Shown: positions 1-10,714, counted from the stretch's first letter. The stretch: 64,000 bases of DNA from Spirochaetia bacterium (GCA_965199955.1 CBDATQ010000002.1:768001-832000), one strand, 5' to 3'. Program-made: numbers and translations. Notes: generated from the letters alone by a model not told the origin.

Positions 1-1151
1 CCGTCCCCGACGCCGGTGCCCCCCAGGACGGTCGTGACGATCCCGGTCGTGCCGTCGTAGCGGCGCAGCCGGCCGGAGCAGTCGCCCCAGAGCACGGTGC
101 CGTCCGGGTCGGCCCAGATCGCCGCCTCGACGGAGTTGCAGCCCGTCTGGCTGCCGTGCAGCCCCTCCTCGCCCCACGCGGGCACGCCGTTGCCGACCAG
201 GGTGGCGACGATGCCGGTGGCGGCCTCCACCTTGCGGATGCGGAAGCCGTACTTCTCGCCTACGTAGAGGTTGTCGTGGGTGTCCAGGCAGATCGCGTCC
301 GGCATCAGCGTGCTGGCCTCCAGCGCCGGCCCGCCGTCGCCGTTGGAGGCGCGCTGGCCGTTGCCCAGGACGGTCGTGATGACGCCGGTCCGCATGTCGA
401 TGCGGCGGACGCGGTCGTTGGAGTTGTCGCAGATGTACAGATCGCCGCGCGAGTCGAACGCCAGGTGCTCGGGGTGGTAGAAGGCGGCATGCGAGGCGGG
501 GCCGCCGTCGCCGTGGTAGCCCATCAGGCTCAGGCCGGCGCCGGCGAACGGGCGGCTTCCGCCCTGCTCGGACGGGTAGTGACGGGCCGCGTAGCCGGCG
601 AACAGGTCGATGATGCCGGTGCGCGCGTCGACGCGGCGGATGTTGCAGGCCCATTCGTCGGACAGGTAGACGTTGCCGTCGGCGTCGACGGCAACGCCGC
701 AGGTGCAGTCGAGCTCGGCATCGACAGCCGGCCCCCCGTCGCCGCCGCGCCCGATCCGGCCGTTGCCTGCTACCAGGGTGACGATGCCGGTGCGGTAATC
801 GATGCGGCGGATGGTGTGGTTGCCAAGGTCGGACAGGTACAGGTTGCCGTGCCGGTCCTGGTGAAGGTCGTGGGGCTCCCGGAAGCGCGCTGCCGCAACC
901 GGGCCGCCGTCGCCCTCGGTGCCGGAGACGCCGTCGCCGCCGAACAGGTGCAGGATGCCCTCGCGGTCGATGCGCCAGATGCGGTTGCCCCAGTAGTCGT
1001 TGACAATCAGGTCGCCGTCGGGGCGGCGCGCCACGCCCATCGGCCAGCCGGCCGGGGCATCGCGGGCCGGTACCCCGTCGCGGAAGCCGGCGCCGGCCAG
1101 CACGGCGACCTCGCCTGCCGGCAGGGCGCTCATGATCGCCTTCAGCGACAT
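1..1151 (-). CDS. NHL-repeat beta-propeller protein (3' end runs off the window)
   Basis: Manual minus-strand translation from the ATG at 1151 gives repeated units such as GDGGPA...P.gva.D..GnlYi.D..n.rIRrID..TGiittvaG. It is absent from the ORF track because it is open at the window edge. Confidence 0.85.
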   Translation of the reverse strand, partial: MSLKAIMSALPAGEVAVLAGAGFRDGVPARDAPAGWPMGVARRPDGDLIVNDYWGNRIWRIDREGILHLFGGDGVSGTEGDGGPVAAARFREPHDLHQDRHGNLYLSDLGNHTIRRIDYRTGIVTLVAGNGRIGRGGDGGPAVDAELDCTCGVAVDADGNVYLSDEWACNIRRVDARTGIIDLFAGYAARHYPSEQGGSRPFAGAGLSLMGYHGDGGPASHAAFYHPEHLAFDSRGDLYICDNSNDRVRRIDMRTGVITTVLGNGQRASNGDGGPALEASTLMPDAICLDTHDNLYVGEKYGFRIRKVEAATGIVATLVGNGVPAWGEEGLHGSQTGCNSVEAAIWADPDGTVLWGDCSGRLRRYDGTTGIVTTVLGGTGVGD

Positions 1152-1235
1152 CGTGAAGCTCTCGGACCGGAGGGACGGGGCTGGGGAGTCATGCCGCGGA
1201 TCATATCGCGCCGGCGCCGGCTATACTTCGGCGTC

Positions 1236-2006
1236 ATGGATACGGGACGATTGGAAGGGCGTGTGTGCATCGTTACCGGCAGCACGGCCGGCATCGGCAG
1301 GGCGACGGCGGAACGGTTCGCCGCGGAGGGCGGCTCGGTCGTGGTGAGCGGCCGGCGGAAGGACCTGGGCGAGGAAATTGCGGCAGCAATCCGTGAGCGG
1401 GGTCAGCGCGCGATCTTCGTGCGCTGCGACGTCGGCGTCGACGCCGACATGGACGCGCTGGTCGCCCGCACTGTCGAGGAGTTCGGCGGGCTGGACGTGC
1501 TGGTGAACAACGCCGCCGCCGTGGACGAGGGACACAGCTACAACGCCGAGGACCTCGACCCCGAGTCCTGGGACCGGCAGCTCCGCGTCAACCTGCGCTC
1601 GGTGTACTACCTGAGCCGGCTGGCCATCCCGCATCTGCGCTCGCGCGGCGGCGGGGCGATCGTCAACGTCTCCTCGGTCGGCAGCCTGGTCGTCTGGGAG
1701 AACGCGGCGGCCTACCTGACCTCCAAGGGCGCGATGAACCAGCTCACCCGCTCGATGGCGATCGACTTCCAGCCGGACGAGATTCGCGTCAACGCCGTGC
1801 TGCCCGGCTGGATCCGCACCGAGGTCGAGGAGAAGCGGCTGGCCGAGAACCCGAACGCGATCGAAGAGGCGCTGGCGATGCGCAGCATCCGGCGGCTCGG
1901 CAAGCCGAGCGAGATCGCCTCCGCGGCGCTCTTCCTGGTCTCCGATGATGCCTCCTACGTGACCGGCACCTGCCTGGTGGTGGACGGCGGCTGGACCCTG
2001 AGCTGA
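1236..2006 (+). CDS. SDR family oxidoreductase
   Basis: TGSTAGIG, NNAA, YLTSK and VDGG motifs. True start taken as ATG 1236, with TATACT 8 nt upstream; the upstream part of the 616-aa ORF is an antisense shadow of the NHL gene. Confidence 0.93.
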   Translation: MDTGRLEGRVCIVTGSTAGIGRATAERFAAEGGSVVVSGRRKDLGEEIAAAIRERGQRAIFVRCDVGVDADMDALVARTVEEFGGLDVLVNNAAAVDEGHSYNAEDLDPESWDRQLRVNLRSVYYLSRLAIPHLRSRGGGAIVNVSSVGSLVVWENAAAYLTSKGAMNQLTRSMAIDFQPDEIRVNAVLPGWIRTEVEEKRLAENPNAIEEALAMRSIRRLGKPSEIASAALFLVSDDASYVTGTCLVVDGGWTLS

Positions 2007-2039
2007 TCGGCCGGAAACTTCCCGATCGCGCTACAGGTT

Positions 2040-2163
2040 CACGAAGCCGATGCCGATACTCGGAGTATCGGAAGGCCGCCGAGCTGCACCTTGATGGGAG
2101 AGGGAGCTCGGGCTTGACACCCTTGAAGCAACGGTGGAGGTAGCTGAGCCGATGGACAGGTGA
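2040..2163 (+). pseudogene. possible HicB-like antitoxin C-terminal remnant
   Basis: Joining reading frames gives ..RKAAELHLDG/RELGLDTLEATVEVAE.., which resembles the HicB pattern 'reAielhLeglre.g..ipep'. No start codon or toxin. Confidence 0.3.
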
Positions 2164-2345
2164 CATGGCCGTTCACACAAGCGGCCCGCTACAGAGCAGT
2201 CGCATTCACGTGAAGCCCGGCAGTCGTGTTTCGACTCGGAGGGCGGGCTTCGGCTCAGACGGCTCGGCGACCTTCCGACTCCTTCCTGCCAAGCCGGCGT
2301 TGACGCCATAGCCATTCCGCGGAGACAATCACGCGCGGAGGAATC

Positions 2346-2612
2346 ATGCCAGCCTACGACTACCACTGCCCCATGAACGGCCAGACCGTCGAGGTCAGCC
2401 ACTCGATGACCGCCATGCTCACCAGTTGGGAGGAGCTCTGCGACTTCGGCGGACTCGACTTGGGCGACACCCCGGCCGACGCGCCGGTCAGGCGCGTGTT
2501 CAACGCGCCGATGGTGGCCACGGGAGCGGAAGAGGCCACCGACGTGTGCATGGACAACCCGGCCGTATCGCGTGGCGGCTGCGCGCATGGCGCCGCCTGC
2601 GGTTGCTTCTGA
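2346..2612 (+). CDS. FmdB-family zinc-ribbon regulatory protein with Cys/His-rich tail
   Basis: MPxYxYxC start, ...VRRVFNAP, tail GGCAHGAACGCF; GGAGGA SD upstream. Confidence 0.8.
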   Translation: MPAYDYHCPMNGQTVEVSHSMTAMLTSWEELCDFGGLDLGDTPADAPVRRVFNAPMVATGAEEATDVCMDNPAVSRGGCAHGAACGCF

Positions 2613-2636
2613 CCAGGAGTCGTACCCTCTTCAAGG

Positions 2637-3593
2637 GTGACCGCGGACGCGCCGCTCGCCACCTTCGTTCCCGAGCAGTTCAGAGAGCTGAGCGACCCGT
2701 CGCGGGACCTGCCGCGGCTCGCCAAGGAGCCGTCCGCGACGGCTGCGATCGAATCGGCCGTGTTCCAGGTTCCGACCAGCCATCGCCTGTTGCTCGGCGA
2801 CGCCCGCTTCGCGGCCCTCTCCGCCGAGTCCGTGCACCTCGTGGTCACCTCGCCTCCTTACTGGACGCTGAAGGAGTACCGCCGCACCGACGGACAGTTG
2901 GGGTGGGTAGAGGACTACGACGAGTTCCTCGACCAACTCGATGACGTCTGGCGCATGTGCTACGAGGCCCTCGTGCCCGGTGGGCGCCTCATCTGAATCG
3001 TCGGCGATGTCTGTCTCTCCAGGCGCAAGAACAACGGTCGACACACCGTCGTCCCGCTGCACGCTTCCATCCAGGAACGTTGCCGGAGCCTGGGATTCGA
3101 CAACCTGGCGCCGATCATCTGGCACAAGATCGCGAACGCCACGCACGAGGTCGATCGGGGGTCCGGCGGCTTCCTCGGCAAAACCCTATGAGCCCAACGC
3201 CGTCATCAAGAACGACATCGAGTTCATCCTGATGCAGCGCAAGGGAGGCGGCTACCGCAAACCGGACCTCGCCACCCGAGTCCTCAGCCTCCTGTCGGAG
3301 GAGTGGTTCAAACGGTTCTTCCGTCAGGTCTGGACCGACCTGCCAGGCGCGTCCACTCGGGATCATCCGGCGCCGTTCCCGGTCGAGCTGGCTGCCCGGC
3401 TCATCCGCATGTTCAGCTTCGTCGGCGACACCGTGCTCGACCCGTTCACGGGGACGGCCTCGACCCAGGTGGCCGCCGCGGCCTTCGGCAGAACAGCGTT
3501 GGCGTCGAGGTCGATCCCGTCTACTTCGATGATACGGTCGACGTGGACGCAGGCAAGGTCAGCGGGCAGCGTCCTCAAGCCGTCGCCGTCTGA
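2637..3593 (+). pseudogene. site-specific DNA methyltransferase (N4/N6 amino-MTase, beta order), disrupted
   Basis: VVTSPPY motif, then HPAPFP and DPFTGTAST. In-frame TGA at 2994-2996 and frameshifts near 3180 (A run) and near 3490. Confidence 0.85.
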
Positions 3594-3607
3594 ACGGGAA
3601 TCCATGC

Positions 3608-5035
3608 TTGTCCCGCAGTGAAGAACTGGCGTACGCGTCCGCCACGGACCTGCTGCGGCTGATCGCCGCCAAGCAGGTTTCGCCGGTGGAGCTCACCGAG
3701 CTCTTCCTGGACCGCATCGAGCGGCTCGATGGGCGGCTGCACTCTTTCCTGCTGCTCACTCCGGACTTGGCGCGTGAGCAGGCCAGCGCCGCCGAACAGG
3801 CGGTGCAGCGTGGCGAGGCGCTCGGCCTCCTGCACGGGCTGCCGATCCCGATCAAGGACACGCAGATGACCGCCGGCATGCGCACCACCAGCGGCTCGGT
3901 GTGGTTCGAGGACCGCGTGCCCGAACGGGACGACGCGGTCGTGGAGCGGGTACGGGCGGCGGGCGCCGTCATCCCGGGCAAGACCAATGCCTCCGAGCTG
4001 GGCTTCGTGGGCACCTGCCAGAACCTGCTCGGCCCGGACGGCGGCAACCCCTGGAACCCCGATCACACGCCCGGCGGGTCCAGCGCCGGGGCGGCGGCGG
4101 CGCTGGCCGCGTACCTGTGCCCGCTGGCGACCGGCAGCGACGGCGGCGGCTCGATCCGCATTCCGTCCCACTTCTGCGGGATCTACGGCATCAAGCCCAC
4201 GCAGGGGCGGGTGTCGTTCTACAGCGGCGCCCCAGCCGCGCCGACGCCGAACATCTTCTCCCAGAGCGGGCCGCTGGCCCGCACGGTGCGGGACGCGGCG
4301 CTGCTGCTGCAGGTCCTTGCCGGGCACGACCCGCGCGACCCGCTTTCGCTCCGCGAGGAGCCGGCCGACTACGTCTCCGCGGCGGACCGGGACATCGCCG
4401 GCATGCGGTTGGCGTGGAGTCCGGACTTCGGCTTTGCCGACGTGCATCCCGACGTCGCGGACGTGGCGTATCGCGCGGCGCGCGCATTCGAGGAGCTGGG
4501 ATGCCAGGTCGAGGAGACGAAGCTCAAGCTCGACCCGCCGTACGACACGTACGGAGCGCTCATGACCGCCAACGCCTACAACCGCTACCGGGCGCTGTAC
4601 GAGTCCGACGGTGAGCGGCTCATGGGCTATTCGACGTTCTTCCTCGAGCACGGCTCGCGCGTCACCACTGCGGACTACGCCCGCGCACTCGGCATGGTCG
4701 ACCGCCTGCGGGCGGACTTCGCGGACCTGTTCGAGGACTATGACCTGCTGCTGTCACCCACGGCGCGGTTCCCGGCGTTCCGCAACGCGCCCTATCCGGG
4801 CGAGGTGTCGGGCACGTCGGAGTTCCCGGACCAGTACTTCAACGGCGCGTTCACGATGCCGATCAACGCCAGCGGGCACCCGGCGGCCTCCGTGCCGGCC
4901 GGCTTCTCCGCCGGCGGCCTGCCCATCGGCCTGCAGATCGTCGGCCGGAAGGGCGACGAGGCATCGGTCATCGCCGCCTCGGCGGCATTCGAGGCCGCCC
5001 GCCCCTGGATCCGGCACCGGCCGCCGGTGTCCTGA
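3608..5035 (+). CDS. amidase-signature family amidase
   Basis: PIPIKD, PGGSSAG and [11 protein letters not shown] (Ser-cisSer-Lys triad); [10 protein letters not shown] near the C-terminus. Confidence 0.93.
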   Translation: MSRSEELAYASATDLLRLIAAKQVSPVELTELFLDRIERLDGRLHSFLLLTPDLAREQASAAEQAVQRGEALGLLHGLPIPIKDTQMTAGMRTTSGSVWFEDRVPERDDAVVERVRAAGAVIPGKTNASELGFVGTCQNLLGPDGGNPWNPDHTPGGSSAGAAAALAAYLCPLATGSDGGGSIRIPSHFCGIYGIKPTQGRVSFYSGAPAAPTPNIFSQSGPLARTVRDAALLLQVLAGHDPRDPLSLREEPADYVSAADRDIAGMRLAWSPDFGFADVHPDVADVAYRAARAFEELGCQVEETKLKLDPPYDTYGALMTANAYNRYRALYESDGERLMGYSTFFLEHGSRVTTADYARALGMVDRLRADFADLFEDYDLLLSPTARFPAFRNAPYPGEVSGTSEFPDQYFNGAFTMPINASGHPAASVPAGFSAGGLPIGLQIVGRKGDEASVIAASAAFEAARPWIRHRPPVS

Positions 5036-5064
5036 CGCGGCCGGCTCGGCACGCTGGGAGGGCT

Positions 5065-6195
5065 CTACGCGAAGTCCGATCTCCACAGATGCGTCGCGCG
5101 CGCGGCGAGTCGGCCTTGGCGGGCGTCCACCAGCTCGGGCGTCCCAGTGCTCGGGCGCCATGTCCGGGACTTGACGGCTCAGCGCATATCGGCTTCTGCC
5201 GAAGGTTTCCCGCCAGTCGTCCGAGGGGTTCTCCGGCAGGATGTGCTCGATGGTGCCGGGGTCGGTTTGCGGATCGCAGGGACGGTCTGCGGCAGCCTGT
5301 TCGAGTCGCGCCAGGATGTACTTCGCCAGCCTCTTGCTCTGCCCTCTGGTACTCACGGCCAGCCGGGAGAAGTCCTGTCGGGTCTTCGGGTCGTCCACGT
5401 AGACCGTTCCGAGGTGATCGAAGACCGCCGCCGGCCGGCGGGCGGTTCCGTCTTGAACGGCCTTGGCGGCGCGGTGATAGACGAGCTCCAGCGCGTTGGG
5501 GTTGAGGCCACTGACCACCGAATAGCGGAACGATATCGCGCTGACCAGCCGCATCACCCGGACGAAGTCTTCCGCGCCGAACGACTCCCACGTTGCGAAC
5601 AGGAGGGGCGTGGCATGACGAACCCGAAACAGGTCCAGTTCGCGGATGTATTGCCTAGCTTCCGGCAGATCCGTCCAGTAGCCATGGTTCGGATCCGCCA
5701 CCGCCGCGAACAGCTCCGCGCGCCGCTCCAGCTCTTCGAGCAGCGCAAACACGTTCTCCGGGGTTCTCGTTCGGTCGCGTATCAGCTTGAACAGTCGCTG
5801 GCTGCGTACCGGCGGCGACTCGCACAGCAGGTGACAGCGAAGGAACTCCGGGAACCGCTCCTGCTCGACGGTGGCAACGAGCGATCGCCAGCGGCGCTGA
5901 AGCGCATGCAGGTCGGCCCTGACGCGCACGAGTGAGAACAGGTAGTGGCGAGCCGCCGCTGCCCGTCGATGATCAGGAACTCGCGATCACCTCGTTCTTC
6001 GACTACCAGCGCGCCAAGATAGTGGCGGTCATCGGGGGGCGACCGCATGTCGATGATGTCGTGTCAGAGATCCTCCCATTGCTCTTCCGTCCACGAGTAA
6101 TCCCGCCGGTATGGCGGCACGCGGTAGTGTCTGCCGTTGCCGATCAACTCCAGGTAGTTGATGGTACGAGTGTTACGCATGGGGGCACTCGCCAT
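5065..6195 (-). pseudogene. DUF262-DUF1524 (GmrSD-like type IV restriction) protein, disrupted
   Basis: VPPYRRDYSW and IIDGQRRLATT (DUF262) plus TIEHILPENP (DUF1524 HNH). Stop at 6064-6066, a jump/frameshift near 5940, and a truncated, frameshifted C-terminus ending ..HLWRSDFA*. Confidence 0.85.
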
Positions 6196-6209
6196 CGCTG
6201 ACCCGTCCG

Positions 6210-7106
6210 TCAGACCCAGCCCCGCTCCACGAGCGGCTCGGTCAGCCGGCGCAGTGCGGGCCGGTCGGTGTGCAGGAGCTCTGGATTGTGCACGCCGTCC
6301 CAATCCGGCGTGGCGCCGCTGTACGACAGCGCCTGCACGGCGCGGTGCGAGCCCTCGTACGACCGCTGCATGCTAGCCCGCGCGGGCTCGTCCTCCGGAA
6401 CCGTGCAATAGCACAGGGTGAACATGCGCCGGCCCGAGCGGCCGCCGAAGGAGGAGTGGCAGAGGTTCTGATCGAAGAACACCACGTCGCCGGGGCGCGA
6501 GGCCACCACTTGGCACGGCAGGGAGTCCTGCCCGGCGCCGAACGCGGGCTCGGCCGCTTCCACGTCGAAGCCGCGCTCGCGGTACTCGTCGAGCTGCGAC
6601 GCATCGCCGCGGCCCTCGGCGATGACCTGCTTGATCCGGTCCACCATCAGTACTTCCAGCTCGTCGTGCATGGGGTTGCGGTGCGAACCCGGAATGAAGC
6701 GGATCGCGCCGGAGTCGCCGTCCACGGGGTCCAGGTAGAGCGACACCTTGATGCGGCGCAGCTCGAGCTCCAGGTCGCAGCCGTCGGGATGCCAGGCGGT
6801 ATCGCCCACGTAGTAGTTGCCGTCGGAGCCCCACCACATGATCGGCTGTCGGAACACCTGCTCGATCGGCCGCACGATGCGCGGGTCGTCGATCAGCGCC
6901 CGTAGCGCCGGGTGGCGCTCGGCGCAGGCGACCACGGAGTGGCGCTTGTCGCCGCGGAACGACTCGCCGGCGCGGTCCTCGGCCATCACCTCCTCGAAGG
7001 CGGCCACGATCCCCGCCGTCTCCGCCGGCGTGAGGAGCTGCGGGCGGACGACGAAGCCGAAGGTGTCGAAGTGCCGGATCTGCGCCGCGGCCAGCTCAGA
7101 CGCCAT
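6210..7106 (-). CDS. phytanoyl-CoA dioxygenase (PhyH) family protein
   Basis: FDTFGFV, WHPDG (HxD), IPGSH, distal His in NLCHSS and RRMF. Confidence 0.88.
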   Translation of the reverse strand: MASELAAAQIRHFDTFGFVVRPQLLTPAETAGIVAAFEEVMAEDRAGESFRGDKRHSVVACAERHPALRALIDDPRIVRPIEQVFRQPIMWWGSDGNYYVGDTAWHPDGCDLELELRRIKVSLYLDPVDGDSGAIRFIPGSHRNPMHDELEVLMVDRIKQVIAEGRGDASQLDEYRERGFDVEAAEPAFGAGQDSLPCQVVASRPGDVVFFDQNLCHSSFGGRSGRRMFTLCYCTVPEDEPARASMQRSYEGSHRAVQALSYSGATPDWDGVHNPELLHTDRPALRRLTEPLVERGWV

Positions 7107-8088
7107 TGCCGAAGTCGATGCTCACCTTGAGCGCGCCGTCGTCGCCGGAGCGGGCCAGCGCGAATGCCTCGGCGGCCTGCTCCAGCGGAAACCGGTGCGT
7201 CAGCAGGGGGCGGGTGTCCACCTCGCCCCGCAGCACCAAGTTCATGGCCGCGCCGTAGGGTGACCAGTAGGGGCTTGCGTCCTCGATGCCGGCGCCGGAG
7301 GCCTGCACCTCGAAGCGCTTCTCGGTCAGCGCCGCCGCGTCCAGGTGGTACGGGGACTCGTTCGGCGCGCCGAACAGGTGCAGCCGGCCGCCGGGGCGTA
7401 CCAGGCCCACCGCAAGCCGCAGGCCGGCGGTGGTCCCGGAGGTCTCCACCACCACGTCGGCCAGGAAGCCGCCGTTGGCGTCCTGCACCTGCTGCACGGT
7501 GTCCGTACCCGGCACGAGCGCCACCGTCGCACCGAAGTGAGCGGCAGCCGCGACCCGCTCCGGCCGCGTGTCGATGCCGGCCACCACGCCGGCTCCCATG
7601 CGCGCCAGCAGCGCGTCGAACAGCAGGCCGGAGGATCCCTGCCCGACCACGGCCGCGCACGCCGTGTTGAGCGGCGGGAAGGTGTTGCATGCCTCGATCA
7701 CCTGGCCGAGCGGGCGGGCGGTGGGCACCGCCTGCAGGTCGGGGTCCTCCGCCGGCGGCAGCCAGTAGACGGTCGAGTGGGGGACGACCACCGTCTCCGC
7801 CAGGCCGATCGCCTGCGTGCCGTAGAACGCGACGAGCTCGCCCGGTTCGTACTCCCGCCACTCGCGGGCGTTGTACTTGGCCTCGACCACGCGCGCCACC
7901 AGCTCGTGGGCGCTGGCGCCGGCCGGCAGCGGGTAGCCGTCGGCGGCGCCGTCGTACACGCGGCGCACGTCGTCGCGCGCCAGCGTGGCGGTGACCGGCC
8001 GCAGCATCACCTGGTCGGCCTCCAGTGCCGGCTCCGGGCCGTCGACGAACTCGATCTGTCCGGGGCCCGTCACATGAACGGATTTCAT
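7096..8088 (-). CDS. MDR/zinc-binding alcohol dehydrogenase-like protein
   Basis: MKSVHVTGPGQ start, AHE, Rossmann VVGQGSSG, ADVVVETSG, THRFPLEQAAEAF, LKVSI. Confidence 0.85.
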   Translation of the reverse strand: MKSVHVTGPGQIEFVDGPEPALEADQVMLRPVTATLARDDVRRVYDGAADGYPLPAGASAHELVARVVEAKYNAREWREYEPGELVAFYGTQAIGLAETVVVPHSTVYWLPPAEDPDLQAVPTARPLGQVIEACNTFPPLNTACAAVVGQGSSGLLFDALLARMGAGVVAGIDTRPERVAAAAHFGATVALVPGTDTVQQVQDANGGFLADVVVETSGTTAGLRLAVGLVRPGGRLHLFGAPNESPYHLDAAALTEKRFEVQASGAGIEDASPYWSPYGAAMNLVLRGEVDTRPLLTHRFPLEQAAEAFALARSGDDGALKVSIDFGNGV

Positions 8089-8098
8089 CCTTCTTCTC

Positions 8099-9505
8099 CT
8101 AGTTCCCGGTGCTGTTTCGACGGCGCGTGGGCCGGGGCGGCGTGACCGCCACGTATGGGCTGCCGGTGTCGTAGTCGCTCTGGGCATCGGGCGAGGTCAG
8201 CGCGTACACGGCGGACCCGCGCAGGTAGATGCGCACCCGCACCCGCTCGCCGGCCAGCTCGCTGCCGTCCCTGCCGCGCCAGCGCAGCGGATGCCGCAGC
8301 TTGTCCAGCGGCCCCTGGAGCTGGCAGCCTTCGCGGTCATAGCCGGTGATCACCTTGCCGGCGCCGTCGATCAGCTCCGCCAGCACGTAGTTCTCGTTGG
8401 CGGCGTTGTCGACCCCCTCGCCCGGGACCGCGACGTTCAGGAACAGGCCGCCCGAGCCCATCACCAGCGACGCGGTGGTGAAGTGGCTGTTGGACCATCC
8501 GGTCACGTAGGTGAACCGGTCCACGGGCACGCCGTCGGCCGAGGCCGGCCCGCGGAACACGACGCGGTCGCCGATCAGCATCGGGTCGTGGGTGCCGCCG
8601 ACGCCGTTGCCGCCGTGCTGGTTGGGCCGGTTCCAGGTCAGGCCGTCGCGGCTGGTCCACAGCTCGTTGCCCAGCGCGCCGCCGGCGCCGTGGCCGTCGG
8701 AGCGCACCGGCGGCCAGGCCGGCTCCGTGAACGATCCCGAGTAATTGTTCACACCCATGAAGTAGCGGCCTTCGTAGACGAACGGGTGGCCGTTGTAGAA
8801 TTCCATGTCGGGCGGATCCCACTCGTTCTGCTCGAGCTGGTACTCGGCGGACAACAGCGGCGCGTGCAGGATGCGCATGCCGCGCACGACCTCCTTGTCG
8901 ACCTTGTAGTCGCTGGCGATCTGCGGCGTCCAGGTGAAGCCGTCCGGGCTGGTGCGCACCGTCAGCACGCGCCGGGCGTTGAGGAACAGCTCGTTGACCG
9001 CCTTGTGCTCGTAGCGCTGGATGCCCTTGGGCGTGAGGATGAAGCGTTGCGCGGCCGAGCTCCAGATGCCGCCCCAGTTGTCGCCCTCGTTGAACACCGG
9101 GTTGTGCTCGTACGGGGTCCAGTCCTCCCCGTCCTCGCTGTGGAAGATGTGCATCGTGAAGCCGGAGTCGTCGGAGGTGTTCTTGGTGTAAATGTAGCGG
9201 CCGAGCTCCGGGCTGTAGAGGCAGCGGGCGTTGTAGCCCCAGTGGTTGCCGGGCTCGTCGTGGACGATGCGGATGTTCTCCAGGTGGATTCCGTCCCGGG
9301 TTGAGGCGCGGTAGATCTGCCAGGGGATGCGGGTGCCGACCTTGTGCCCGATGACGTCGTACGACCCGTCCGGCAGGCGGCGGGTGTGGCTGACGTTGAA
9401 CGGGATCGGCGGCGCCGGCGCGAACACGCGCGGGGCGCTGGCCCGGAAGCCCACGCTCCCCCACGGCTCGAAGATGTCCGAGTGATCGGCGAACAGGAAT
9501 TTCAT
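8099..9505 (-). CDS. hypothetical glycoside-hydrolase-like beta-propeller protein
   Basis: Four Asp-box-like motifs (STRDG, SEDGEDW, SPDGFTW, SRDGLTW) and a C-terminal beta-sandwich tail (GERVRVRIYLRGSAVYAL). Confidence 0.65.
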   Translation of the reverse strand: MKFLFADHSDIFEPWGSVGFRASAPRVFAPAPPIPFNVSHTRRLPDGSYDVIGHKVGTRIPWQIYRASTRDGIHLENIRIVHDEPGNHWGYNARCLYSPELGRYIYTKNTSDDSGFTMHIFHSEDGEDWTPYEHNPVFNEGDNWGGIWSSAAQRFILTPKGIQRYEHKAVNELFLNARRVLTVRTSPDGFTWTPQIASDYKVDKEVVRGMRILHAPLLSAEYQLEQNEWDPPDMEFYNGHPFVYEGRYFMGVNNYSGSFTEPAWPPVRSDGHGAGGALGNELWTSRDGLTWNRPNQHGGNGVGGTHDPMLIGDRVVFRGPASADGVPVDRFTYVTGWSNSHFTTASLVMGSGGLFLNVAVPGEGVDNAANENYVLAELIDGAGKVITGYDREGCQLQGPLDKLRHPLRWRGRDGSELAGERVRVRIYLRGSAVYALTSPDAQSDYDTGSPYVAVTPPRPTRRRNSTGN

Positions 9506-9527
9506 CGGTCGGAGTCTCCTTAACGGC

Positions 9528-9842
9528 TCACGCGAAGTCGCCGAAGCTGAAGGCGAGCGGCAGCTCGTGGACGATCAGGTCGCCGGTCTCGTCGACCTGC
9601 AGCACGTCCTTCATGTACTCGTTCCATTTCGGCGTGATCGGGTCCGTGCCGGTCCGCCCGAAGTGCTCCTCGGTGGGCGCGGTACCGTGAATGAACAGCC
9701 ACTCCTCGTGCCGGTAGATCACCATGCTGACGTCCTGCGCGTGCATCATGCGCTCCATCTCCGGCCACAGCTCGTCGTGGCGCCGCTTGTACTCCGCGTA
9801 CTGCCCCGGCTTGAGCTTGAGCGCCATCCCGATCGAGTACAT
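9528..9842 (-). CDS. L-rhamnose mutarotase family protein
   Basis: LKPG..AEYKRRHDELWPEM and KWNEYM motifs; AAGGAG SD upstream. Confidence 0.85.
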   Translation of the reverse strand: MYSIGMALKLKPGQYAEYKRRHDELWPEMERMMHAQDVSMVIYRHEEWLFIHGTAPTEEHFGRTGTDPITPKWNEYMKDVLQVDETGDLIVHELPLAFSFGDFA

Positions 9843-9940
9843 CCTGCGTCTCCTTCTCCGTCGGCGTGCTGGACTCAGGGTAGCATGGTGTCCGGCGGCG
9901 GCTCTCGGAGTGAGGGGTCGACGGCAGTGACGAGGAGGCG

Positions 9941-10714
9941 ATGGAACAGGCGAGGGGGAAGCGCGCCGCGGTCATCCAGCACGAGGCCGTTGAGACGCTG
10001 GGCGGCAACTTCACGACGGTGCTGGAGGAGGCCGGCTTCCGGCTGATCCCGGTGCCGCTGTATCGAGAAGCGCCGGGGTTCGAGCGGCTTGATGCGCCGG
10101 ACTTGACGGACGTCGACCTGATCGTCGCGCTGGGCGGCCCCATGTCGGCCAACGACGACCTGCCGGCGCTGCGGCAAGAGATGGACTACCTGCGCGCGGC
10201 CGCCACCGGCAGCCCGTCGACCCCGATCCTCGGCATCTGCCTGGGCGCCCAGTTGCTGTCGCGGGCGCTGGGCGGCGAGGTCGCCCCGACCGGCGGCTAC
10301 CAGTTCGGCCTGCGCAAGATCGACGTGACGGCGGCCGGCGCCGCCGATCCCGTGTTCCGGGAGATCGCCGTCCCCCTGGTGCCGACCCTGCACGGCGAGC
10401 GGTTCACGGTCCCTGACGGCGGGGCGCTGCTCGCGGAGGGCACGATGCTGCGCCGCGACGGCGCCTGGCTGCGCTTCCCGATGGCGTTCCGCTACGGGCT
10501 CTCCTACGGCTTCCAGTTCGAGCCGCAACTCACCCTGGACGAGCTGCGCGTCTGGAACCGGGAGCTGGCGGAGGACTACAAGCTGATGGGCGACCGCTTC
10601 GACCCGGCCGCGGAAGCTGCGCGCAACCTGCGCGAGTTCACCGCCTACGCCCCGCTCTACGAGCCGCAGATGGCGCGCATGCTGCGAGCGATCCTGCAGC
10701 AGATGCGCTCGTGA
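9941..10714 (+). CDS. class I glutamine amidotransferase-like protein
   Basis: VIQHEAVE, LGGPMSAND, ILGICLGAQLL nucleophile elbow; QFEPQ in place of QFHPE. Confidence 0.85.
   Translation: MEQARGKRAAVIQHEAVETLGGNFTTVLEEAGFRLIPVPLYREAPGFERLDAPDLTDVDLIVALGGPMSANDDLPALRQEMDYLRAAATGSPSTPILGICLGAQLLSRALGGEVAPTGGYQFGLRKIDVTAAGAADPVFREIAVPLVPTLHGERFTVPDGGALLAEGTMLRRDGAWLRFPMAFRYGLSYGFQFEPQLTLDELRVWNRELAEDYKLMGDRFDPAAEAARNLREFTAYAPLYEPQMARMLRAILQQMRS

Noticed and set aside
156..1235. Apparent 360-aa N-terminal extension making a 616-aa SDR fusion
   Set aside because: It is the antisense shadow of the minus-strand NHL gene; the SDR has its own -10 and ATG at 1236.
2053..2071. Perfect palindrome CCGATACTC-G-GAGTATCGG
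   Set aside because: Single occurrence inside a probable gene remnant; no supporting context for an operator or att site.
2994..2996. TGA at a probable Cys position in the methyltransferase (selenocysteine readthrough?)
   Set aside because: The same gene has two frameshifts, the position is not catalytic and no SECIS-like element is evident; a nonsense mutation is simpler.
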